Source of the DNA: Savitreella phatthalungensis
Taxonomy: Eukaryota
Length of the DNA stretch: 64,000 nucleotides
Assembly (NCBI GenBank): GCA_051599415.1
Contig: AP039695.1
Coordinates: 124,001-188,000, forward strand
Direction: 5' to 3'
Part shown: in pieces, positions 19,032 to 28,748 of the stretch
Layout of the letters: each line of letters begins with the position of its first letter
Numbering within the stretch: the first letter of the stretch is position 1
Translations under genes and position numbers: made by a program
Notes under the pieces: generated by a model
What the model was told of the DNA's origin: nothing
The model's database searches: none
Seen by the model: the letters and a program-made list of their open reading frames with translations, nothing else

Positions 19032-20031
19032 CTTATATCCTTTCGTCGGCCAGGTCGAGAACTCGATTGACCTAGCCGATAATTCCATTGACCTAGCCGA
19101 CAATGTCATTGCCTTCGGCTATGTGTGATGGTGGTGATTTGCAGAAAAGACGTTGTCTTTTTGCAATTCCGTGTGTCCTAAAGCGTGCTGTCGGCCTGTG
19201 ACTGGACGATGTGAAGTGCACGACGAGCCGATGTGCAAAAGTACACCATAAGTAAGAGGTGTACAATTCCACCAAATCCTTCATACATGATCGATATCAT
19301 CATGTAGCTAGAGTCATCCTGAGTCGTATGCGACTACTCTCGCGGTCATCAGCCTCTTGTACGCCGAGCTATAGCGGGTGAAGTGGAATGGAGGTGTCGT
19401 GTGGACATGTTTTCGTGACGTTACATGAAGATGTTGAGCAAATGATCAATGTGATCTGAGCTCAATTGAGTATGAATTGAGTCTGATTCAGGTGTGATAT
19501 TGTGATTTTGTATCAATTCACCCCCAAATAGTTTGATTCACTTTTAGCGATGCACGTGAATATATGCAATTGATCAATTGACCGTTGACCAATCAATGGA
19601 TGTACCATTGGCGTGGCTGGTCATTGAGACTTTCTCAAATCTCTGCAAAGCGCTGATCCTTCTGACGCAATGGCAACCGTTGACGGTACACGGCAACCGT
19701 CAAAGTTTATCGTAGATTATCCATTGTATTCCTTCGGCTGAGTCGTTACCATCAGCAACGGGTAGCCGAGTGATTGTCAACAGTCTCAAGAGGCGTCTCG
19801 GCTAGCATCCCATACCCGTATAGCCTTCATATTGACCGATGTGCTCGGCGATATTAGTATGAAATTGATCGTCAGACCGAGCTTGACCACCGTAGCGAGT
19901 ATGACTGTCTCTCGCCCACTGAGCGTATGGCTGGACCGTTTGGGAAGCTAGCCGAAGGCGTCTGGTCGCGAAGCTTGTGATCGCGTGAAAGGCCGGAGAA
20001 TTTCAATTAAGCTCGGCTGAAAGCTCGGCTA
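19032..20031 (-). promoter_or_regulatory. Putative promoter: TATA-like ATATAAG plus cluster of TAGCCGA motifs
   Basis: cttatat at 19032-19038. TAGCCGA/TCGGCTA at 19073, 19094, 19115, 19763, 19798, 19949 and 20025. ATTGACCTAGCCGA direct repeat at 19066 and 19087. Confidence 0.55.
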
Positions 20032-21240
20032 TCGGAGAATTAAATCGAGTGGCTGTGCTGTGGCGCAGTTCCGCGCTCAATTCTGGAGATATGTCGTTCG
20101 TGGTCACGATGACGCCGGTGGAACGCATACTTCGAGCGTCGATTGCTCTCTCGCCGTCGCTCTAGAGTGGTTCGTGTAGCTGCAGTGTGATCGGGACAAT
20201 TGGCGCTATCGAATGGTATCGGTATCGCTGTGCTGGCACGGCCGCAGCAGGCCTAGTGGATTACTCCCCCATGTTGTCGCATGCTGACAACATCCATGTA
20301 CAAGCTGACGTCGCACGACTTAGCTTCGAAAGTGATGCTTCATGGGTCGCTTGTGACGTGTGTTGAAAGGGCGACTGGTCCCGAGGGTATTCAGGCCGAT
20401 TAAGCTGGTTATGATCATCCTGTCGGCGACTCTGGCGTGGTTCGTAGAAGAATCCGAGCGAATACAAAGCCATGCTTATCTCCGAGCACGTCTCGATGGA
20501 CACACATCGCTCTAGTACATGCTCGACACGTTCCGAAGGTCGCAGCGATGATGATCAGTTCATTGATAACTCCATCATGTCAACACTATGTTATTCACGA
20601 TTGAGACCTGTTGATGTGTTCGATTCTGACGAACTGGTCCCCTGGTCGGATATCATGCACCCAGCCTATCGAACCACACTCTCGGATACCAGCACAGTGT
20701 GCAAGGAGTGTGTGCAGAAGACATTCGGTCACAGAGGATTGACATGCCGCCGGTAGATCTGCAACGAGAACTTATTGCCACCCGGACGATTTGCTGTCGA
20801 TCACTATCATTGTGGAGCCATGGCCACCCTGACGACGAATCCAAAAAAAATTGTGGCTGTCAGCCACATTGATCACATGTCAATCCCACTGAGGGCGCAT
20901 GCAAACGTGCGCGACCAAGTCAGATGGTCACACCTTATCACTTCACCTTCCCCTGCAGACAGCTCACGACGGGTGCAACGCGACATCGTATGTGGATGCT
21001 GTCTGGACGCTCACGTATCCGTCTCACGCACACCGAGTCCACTTACGTGGTCTCGACTAAAACATGCTGCACGAATCTGCTCGAAGCGGGTTGTCGGGAT
21101 GTTTTAATTTCATACAATCATGGTTATGGTACACTCAGCGCCAATCTGCGGGTCTGCACTGTCTGTGTTTGTAGGCTGGCACTCGATCCGGTCTGAGCCG
21201 ACGGAGTTCTCGAATTGAAAGGTCGCCAAGCGTGAATCGA

Positions 21241-22800
21241 TCATAGAGATTGCTGCTCAAAGGCGATGTTGTCGATAATGAATTGGGAGTTGCCATTAGC
21301 TCCATTCTTGCAGCCGTAGGCGAACTTTAGCATTCCTGAGACGGTAGGAGAAGGGGGCACAAAAAGCTTGCCACTGTAATTCCAGTCGAAGGTGGTGCTC
21401 AGATCTGTCTGCTTGAAGCGCCTCGAAAAGATTTGGTTGTCTGCCCATGTGACGTTCAGGTCGCAATACTGGTACGACACAAGGTACTTGAGTGCGTAGT
21501 AGAAACTGCAAGTAAATCCAGCTGCGAGGGTCGGGTCATAGATATCCTGCTGGACATAGGCCACACGATTACCGAGATTAGAGGTAAACTGCATCAATAC
21601 GTACCTCGAGCCATCTTCCGCGACACTTGCGTCGATCGGAGCCACCACAAAGGGGACGCCAGCAGAAGACCACTCGACCGGGAAAGTATTGACGCCTTCT
21701 TCGAACGAAGGGTTACGCAAGGGCTTCACTGTCCTAGGGACCGCCGTTGCCACAACCTGAACAACTGAAGTTGCAGTCGACACAAGGGTTGTCGTGGTCG
21801 TTGATGTCCCAAATGTGGTGAGCTCGGCGGTGGATGTGGTAGCCGAGGAGACAGTCAAGGTCGTAAGAAGCGTGATCGTGGTAGTTCGAGTTGTCGTCAC
21901 GGTGGAAGTGCTCGTGTCCGTCCGGGCGAAAGTTGACAGGGCGATCGATGGAATGACAATGGTGACTGTCGGACGCGCGAGTGTTGTTGTCGTGGTTGTT
22001 GTCGATGTGAGCGTGTAGCAGCCGGTCGGTGCAACGACAGGCAAGGAGGATGCAGGAGAGCTCGGAGGAGCCAGCCGTTTGACGAGAGGAGTCGCCGCCG
22101 TCGAAGTTATCGTCGTTGTCGAAAGCGCGATCTGCGTTGAGAGAGCAGTGACCGTTGAGACGACAGTCCTTGTGACAACTCGTATGACGACGAAATTAGC
22201 GATTCTTGAAGCGATCACCGTGTTGTACGCTGTAGACTCCGAGACAGCCTGGGAGGTTGCCACAGAGATCGTCGTCGCAGTCGAAGTGGGGAGACTCGAG
22301 GAAACGGAAGTGGTGAAGACCGTGGACGCGGTCGGCGTGACTGTGACCGTGCTGGTCGTTGTTGTTCTCACTGGTTCGAACGTTGTGAGACGTACTGTCG
22401 GCGTTGTTGTGACCGTGGCGGCTGCGGCCAAACAGCTACAGGCGCGAGAGAGAGCGCTTGTGCCAAGTGCTGTCATGTACTTCGGACACAGCGGACCTGC
22501 TGAGCGAGCAGCCCTGTTCTCGAGCTCGCGTTTGCTCAAGGTGGCAGATGCGGCGGGCAGCGTTGCGAAACATCGACCGCGTACAGTCGACGTGACAGCC
22601 GCTGCAGTGATAGTCTTCTGTGAGGCGGAAATGAACGCGCTGCAGAAGGCTGAAGCGGTGGAGGGCTCGGTGGACGGTTGAAGGGCAACGATACTCTGCA
22701 CAAGATCGCATCGTGAGCTTGCAACGGCTGCAGACATACTGCCAGCCGTGTCGAGGGTCGCCACGGCCGCGACGCAGGCCAACACACCGAGCAGGAACAT
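21241..22800 (-). CDS. Secreted Ser/Thr-rich protein with C-terminal CBM/galactose-binding-like domain (copy 1)
   Basis: ATG at 22800 gives signal peptide MFLLGVLACVAAVA. Cys motifs AFCSAF and RACSCL, KR (Kex2-like) sites, a Thr-rich stalk, and LRNPSFE opening a beta-rich domain. Confidence 0.8.
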   Translation of the reverse strand: MFLLGVLACVAAVATLDTAGSMSAAVASSRCDLVQSIVALQPSTEPSTASAFCSAFISASQKTITAAAVTSTVRGRCFATLPAASATLSKRELENRAARSAGPLCPKYMTALGTSALSRACSCLAAAATVTTTPTVRLTTFEPVRTTTTSTVTVTPTASTVFTTSVSSSLPTSTATTISVATSQAVSESTAYNTVIASRIANFVVIRVVTRTVVSTVTALSTQIALSTTTITSTAATPLVKRLAPPSSPASSLPVVAPTGCYTLTSTTTTTTTLARPTVTIVIPSIALSTFARTDTSTSTVTTTRTTTITLLTTLTVSSATTSTAELTTFGTSTTTTTLVSTATSVVQVVATAVPRTVKPLRNPSFEEGVNTFPVEWSSAGVPFVVAPIDASVAEDGSRYVLMQFTSNLGNRVAYVQQDIYDPTLAAGFTCSFYYALKYLVSYQYCDLNVTWADNQIFSRRFKQTDLSTTFDWNYSGKLFVPPSPTVSGMLKFAYGCKNGANGNSQFIIDNIAFEQQSL

Positions 22801-24299
22801 GATTGTATTGACGTCCGAGGACAAAGTCAGCCCTTGCTCCGGACCAGGAACCTCATATATAGCTTTGAAGAGTCAGAGCTGTCGCGTAAACCTCTCGACG
22901 GCCTCGAGCGAGGTGAATTCAAATATACCCATCTATCAACTTGTGAGCTGCATCGAGTGAGAGACCCTTGTATACGTGCAAGTGAGCGTGTTGATACTTC
23001 GAGAGCTGTCAACCGTTGACGGATTACAATGTGGGACCGTTCTGGATTGCAGCTGCTTTTGAATGGGTTGACCAATCTGGAAATAAGCTGCAATTTTAAA
23101 GTTTGTTTGTCCCACAATACTGGACCACCAACTTTGGATTGAACTCTGTTGTAGGGAACCCAAAAGCTTCCGATGTGTATCGACTTCCTCCAGATAGACT
23201 GTCGAGCCTAGGCTATCATCATTGGTGGCAGACGTGATCGAGTCGTGAGAGCGGAAGAGCTTTGTCGTGCACGCGTATGCAAGACGTCGGCTAGCGCGAA
23301 AACTTAGTCTCAAACAGGCCAGTCAGATGGCGAAGCAGTGTATGAGCTTGTCTCGGGTCCTCCGAATATTGGAAATGTGTGCGTTTGGGTCCTAGGTCCC
23401 ACAAAAAAGTCATCGACGCTCGGAAGAGAAAGAGGAAAGGTCTTGGAACTCGATGGGGCTGTGTAGAAATCGAACGACCCCCGACCTGAGCTGATGGTCG
23501 TCGCCGGTGACTATGGGTGGGATTCTAGCAGGGTTTCCAGAATCCTAGCGCTGAGTAAACTTCAGGACGTATGCAAAGGAAGCTAGTGGACCTTCCCTGC
23601 GCTATCGCACGTCGACAGCATCCCTGTACAAGCTGGCACAGCACCACTGGGCGCCTTGGATGATGTGCATGGGTCGCTCGTGACTCGGTTTGACCACGTC
23701 GATGACTGGCCCAGTCGGCTCCGATACGGGAACAGCTGGTACTGTGCATCAAGTCGTGGAGACTGAGATAGTTCTTACAGTAGTGTCAATTGCAATAATT
23801 CAGGCTTGCTTCCTGGCGCGTCATGCTAGATATATGTGTCTCCGATAGACGCTCTGTGACACTCTGGAATCTATTGCCAACCTGACATCTGCCCATTCAC
23901 CTGGGCATGCATTCCATGTGGAAGTATAGCCATCCTGATGAAATGTCCAAAATGATCGTGGCTGTCAGCCACTTTGATCACATGTCAGCGAAGGCTGTAT
24001 GGCAGGGTCGATGTCTACGACCACTTAGTTGTACGTCACTTCAGATCTCCTCGACGGGCAGACGTGACGTCGAACTCGTCTTTTGACGTGTACTGAGACG
24101 TGCTTCGCAAATAGGCGCAGTGCCGCAATATCGAGAGCCATACGCGACACACACGTCTGCGGGATGATTACAGGGATAAATTCATCAATATACATATATA
24201 TAGTACCGTGGACATTCGTCGCCTCCGTCGCGCTGAGTTTCAGATAGCGAATGGCGTGTGAGCTGGACGACTCAAGGTCGTAGCGAATGTCCGGGTAGG

Positions 24300-25845
24300 T
24301 TAGACCGGGGGACCGAATCCGACGGTGTCGATCGCGAGGAAGTAGGAAGGATACTGACCTTGGACGCAGGCGAACGTGAAGTTCAAGCTGCCGGAAGTGA
24401 CAGCGGATGGGCCTCCTGTGAGGATACCGCTGTAGAACCAGTAGTTTACTGTTTCTGAGAGGGTGAACGCCCGTGAGAAAATCTCATTGCCAGCCCAGGA
24501 AGCGGTTATGCTGCAGAGACCGCTCCCGCCCGAAGGATACAGCTTGTAGTAGAAGCTGCACCGGTATCCGTTTACGAGTGAGGCGTCGGATATATCCTGC
24601 TGCAACCAGGAGACGTGATCGGTTACATAAGTGTACATCAGAGCATATACAGAACCAGATTGCGAGGTCTCTGAACCGCCACCTACGCGCACACTGTCGG
24701 ACTTGCCAATTCGCCAATCGACCGGGTGACGATCGCCGTCGGAGTCCTCAAATGACGGATTGCGCACAAGATTAATGGGCTTTTGAATATACGTCGCCAG
24801 AGCCACGGTCGCAGAGGTTGTGGTCGTAACAGATGTTGTAGTGGTCGTTGATGATCCAAACGCTGTGTAGTCGGAGATGCTCGTAGTCGTCGAGGAGACC
24901 GTCTGGACTGTTTGTATCGTGACTCTGGTAATCCGAGTTGTCGTCACCGTGGATGTGCTCGTGTCGGTCTGTGCAAACGTCGAGAGCGCGATCGATGGGA
25001 AGGGCGATTGTGAGGGTCGGACGTGCGATCGTTATTGTCGCGAATGCTGTCGACGTGACCGTGTAACAACCAGTCGGCGCAGCAGCAGGTAGGGAAGACG
25101 CCGGCGAACTTGGCGGCGCTAGCCGTTTCACCAGGGAAGTCGCTGTTGTCGTCGATGTCGTCGTTGACAGGATAGTCTGCGTCGAGAGGATAGTGATAGT
25201 CGAGACGACAGTTACTGTGGTGACAGGTCGAAGGCTGATGACGGTGGAAATATCTGAGACAGTAGCCGTGCTGTATGCCGTCCCGGTCGAGACAGCCTGC
25301 GAAGTTGTCAGGGAGATTATCGTCGCTGTCGAGGTGAGAAGTTTCGAGGAGATGGAAGCTAAGTAGATTGTGGATGCTGTCGGCGTGACTGTGACTGTGC
25401 TAGTCGTTGTTGTCGTCACTGGCGTGAATACCGTAAGGAATGCTGTAGGCGTCGTGGTAATCGGAGCAGCGGTCAGACAGCTGCACGCACGCGAGAGCGC
25501 GTTTGTGCCGAGAGCTGTCATGTACTTCGGACACAGTACGCCTGGTGAGCGAACGGCTCGGTTCTCGAGCTCGCGCTTCGTCAGAGACACAGATTGAGCA
25601 GGCTGCGTCGCGAAGCATCTACCGCGTACAGTCGATGTGACAGTGGCTGCTGTGAAGGTCTTTTGTTCGGCGCGAATGAAAGTGCTGCAAAAGGCCGAAG
25701 CGGAAGACGCGTCCGCGGAGGGTTGACGAGCAATGATGCTCTTGACCAGGTCGCAACGGAAGCTTTCCACCGCTGCAGAGATGCTGGCGGCCGTGTCGAG
25801 AGACGCTGCAGCCGTAGCCCAGACGAAGATGCTGAGCAGCAACAT
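24300..25845 (-). pseudogene. Paralog of 21241-22800 split by a 1-bp insertion (pseudogene or sequencing error)
   Basis: ORF 24772-25845 and ORF 24300-24947 join if one G of GGG at 24997-24999 is removed: restores ...IALPSIALSTFAQTDTS, matching copy 1 IVIPSIALSTFARTDTS. Confidence 0.8.
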
Positions 25846-26619
25846 CGCTGAGGGACCGCTGTCTATCCGAAGTGCTGGTCATCGAGCTTATGTACAGTCC
25901 ATAGAGAAATACCACCGAAATTGCATTGCACGAGGCTCACGGATGAGCTGCATTGTGCAGGATGTGCCCATACTTTTGAGTACACGGCAAGGATGTAAAG
26001 AGACGAGACTCTGCTTCCATGGCGTTGAAAGGTAATGGCTGTCGAGAAGAATTCGTACATCTGAAGTGGTTTTGACTGGGCATTTAATCTCCGAGTAGTC
26101 GGGTGAATGAAATAAGGTTACCGTTTTGGAAAGAGGTTGAAATTCAAGCTGAGCTTAGGTGGGTCAGGTTCTTTTCAAGTTGCTCAATCATCTCGGCCCG
26201 CGCGCGGAACGCCGAAGTGAGCTAACTAGTGCAGGCTCGAGCAGCCAGTGATCATAGAAGGCATAGACCTCGCCTGGGTGTGATCCTTGAAGCAGGGTCC
26301 AATGAGTTGAGAAATTGAGTGAGTCAAACAGCTCTGCCGTGTGTCAAGGCCGAAGAGGTCAACCATGGACGATAGTTTGGTCCCTTAGAAGCCAATCAGA
26401 CCATGAATCAGTGACTCTCGAGCTTTAGGTTTCCTCCGAATATGTTGAAGGTACGCGCCTGGGTCTAGGTTCCACAAGCAAGTGAGCAACGCTCAAAAGA
26501 GAAAGAGAAAAGAATGACTTGCGAGTGGATGGGCCCGGACAAAATCTCATCAAGCATGACCTCAGCTATTGGCCTATATCGGCTTTCGTGTGCTTGAACC
26601 ACCAAAGGATGCTCGGAAT

Positions 26620-28401
26620 TTAGCGCTTGATGAACTCCAGAATATCTGCAAAGGAAGCCCCATCACGCAGAAGTCGATGAGCTCTGTGGATTTCGTCTAG
26701 GATCCAATCGGCCATGTGATCGTGACAGCCGACGGCTGTATTGCGTCCGTCTAGGAACGGGTCTTGAATGGCGATGCGCTTTCGATCGGCTGCCCAATCA
26801 CGCTCGGGCCATTTGTCTGCGAGCTTGTCTGCCCTCTCGAGGCCTGCCCAGGTGGGCGCGATGGCCGTCGCCGTTGTCTTGCTCGAATCTAGCCCACAAC
26901 GGCCTCCCGGCCAATACGGAGAATCAGGATAGATCTCCAGCTGAGTCTCGACAGGTCCACGCACATCCACAATGCGTTTCGCGAAGTCGAATCGTGCGTA
27001 GTAGTCAAAGAAGCCCGCGAAAAGCTGTCCCGCATCCTCGGTATTTTCACTCTGCCAGATGATGTCTGGATCGTAGAAGCAGTGGACCAGATTACCCTGT
27101 GTGGCATGAATCAATGCAGGCAGGTTTTTGGCGGAGTACTGCACGTTTGGTAGCACAGCTGGCCCTGCGCGCTGGAGATAGTGCAGCATGAGAAGCGTCC
27201 ATGAGTAAGACGAAAGAGATCCTTCCTCCGGGTGTGAGATGGCTCGACTCTTGCACCATGTCTTCAGTGCGAAGAGCAATGGTCTGACACGGCTGTCGAG
27301 GTCGCAATATAGTTTTATCAGTTTGGTGTTCTCGATCGCAACCGTGTTCTCGATACTGACATCCACTTTCAGACCCGATTGGGCGTGAACCATCTTGACA
27401 ATGGGAATTTTGGCTTCGACGGCGGTGATGCTCTTGAAGTCTCGACACCGTGTCAAACAGCGCTTTAGATCCCAGATGCGTACGAGCCTCTCCGGCGGAT
27501 AGATCCCGTGGTAGCAACATACGTCGATGTCCGAAGCGGGAGAATAGAGTCCTGTACCTCCCGAACCGAAGAGCTCTGCGACGAAACCAGCTTCAGGCAT
27601 ATGCTTGCCAAGATGGGTGGCAATGACTTTGACGATGCGTTCGCGATCTTGTTCGTTCTTTTTCGTTGGTCGCTGTCGCTCGTAGTTGATCATGATTTCA
27701 CGCGTGACAGCGCTGTAGTCAGCCGCTTGTGCCGTTGAGCTGGGCTTTCGAGGATATCGAATCAACGAGTCATTCGCCGCGACAAATCCTGCGTGATCGC
27801 CACGTTTCGCCTTTTTGAGGAAACCGGCCTCAGCTCCGAGCACGAGTAGGCGTTCCATGCCACCAACAGCTGTCAAATCACCCTCAAGCGCTAGTCTACG
27901 CTCGAGCTGGTCGAAGCTGTCCGGCTCGAAGATGTCCTTGAAACGGAAGAGCAGGCTGATTGCACGCATGAACCGAGGATCGGACAAACAGCTATCCCGA
28001 TTTGCTGACGTCTCCTTGGAATTCGAGGATGCGTAGTGTTCTGAGCTGTGCTGACTGGTCAAGGACGTTCTGCGAGCGCGACTTGGCGCATTTGCCGGCT
28101 GACTACTATCTGCCGGAACTCTGCCATTTGTACTGGTCGTGGCGGACGAAGCATCTCGGGACCGTGCCTCAGCTTTCGAGCGTTTTGCTCTGCGACGAGA
28201 CCTTGCATTCGAAGGATCTCTATTCCGCACGTCTTCCAGGGACTCAGCAGCAGCTGTCGCTTCTGAAGCCTCTCGGGAAACCTGCGAGACCACGGCAGGC
28301 TCTGTCAGAATTTCGGGTAGGTCATTCTTCAGCGAAGACAGATCCATGGCGGTCGAGCCCGAGCCTGAGCCAGGACCTGTCATATCACGCTGGTCTGCCA
28401 T
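26620..28401 (-). CDS. Cid1/Cid11/Cid13-family non-canonical poly(A)/terminal nucleotidyltransferase
   Basis: LFGSGGTGLYSPASDIDV (GS..DxD), AKIPIVKM, KVDVS, ENTKLI, GSLSSYSWTLLMLHYLQ, and PAP-associated domain GQLFAGFFDYY...IAIQDPF. Confidence 0.88.
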   Translation of the reverse strand: MADQRDMTGPGSGSGSTAMDLSSLKNDLPEILTEPAVVSQVSREASEATAAAESLEDVRNRDPSNARSRRRAKRSKAEARSRDASSATTSTNGRVPADSSQPANAPSRARRTSLTSQHSSEHYASSNSKETSANRDSCLSDPRFMRAISLLFRFKDIFEPDSFDQLERRLALEGDLTAVGGMERLLVLGAEAGFLKKAKRGDHAGFVAANDSLIRYPRKPSSTAQAADYSAVTREIMINYERQRPTKKNEQDRERIVKVIATHLGKHMPEAGFVAELFGSGGTGLYSPASDIDVCCYHGIYPPERLVRIWDLKRCLTRCRDFKSITAVEAKIPIVKMVHAQSGLKVDVSIENTVAIENTKLIKLYCDLDSRVRPLLFALKTWCKSRAISHPEEGSLSSYSWTLLMLHYLQRAGPAVLPNVQYSAKNLPALIHATQGNLVHCFYDPDIIWQSENTEDAGQLFAGFFDYYARFDFAKRIVDVRGPVETQLEIYPDSPYWPGGRCGLDSSKTTATAIAPTWAGLERADKLADKWPERDWAADRKRIAIQDPFLDGRNTAVGCHDHMADWILDEIHRAHRLLRDGASFADILEFIKR

Positions 28402-28748
28402 GTTGAGCTTTGACGCTGAGGACGAATGGTAAATGGAAGGACGGATTCGGAGAAGTGGATTGCGTGAAACTCGCGCGAGGACTGCAAGGACGTGACGTAC
28501 GCTGGCAGCCAGGGCTGACTAGTGAACGAAATCGCTAATGGGTACGCTCCGCTGGTGAGAGCGACAACTGCTACAGTGTCAAGTGACAGCAGTCGGTCTG
28601 GACTCTGTCAGGTCCGAGCGTCCACGGGCGGAGATTGGACGATGCGTTGCTCTGGCTTGCTCGTAGTCTGCAAGTGGACGGGATGGTTGATGCGGTCATA
28701 TATCTGCACGGGTGGATGCACATAATTTCATGTTGTTAATTTGCCTGC

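Larger units (their letters stand above)
20300..26560. repeat. Diverged tandem segmental duplication (~3.1-kb unit; boundaries approximate)
   Basis: Paralogous ORFs plus matching flanks, e.g. gtggctgtcagccac(a/t)ttgatcacatgtca at ~20853 and ~23958, and tcctccgaatat...ctaggt...gacgctc/aacgctc...gagaaagag at ~23358 and ~26432. Confidence 0.85.

Noticed and set aside
15150..19100. Telomerase RNA as the identity of the structured domains
   Set aside because: No 1.5x TTAGGG template and no clear Sm site seen on the sense strand. Cannot be fully excluded if the species has a non-canonical telomere repeat.
19066..19121. CRISPR-like array
   Set aside because: Only two 14-bp copies with a 7-bp spacer, in a eukaryotic context with no cas genes.
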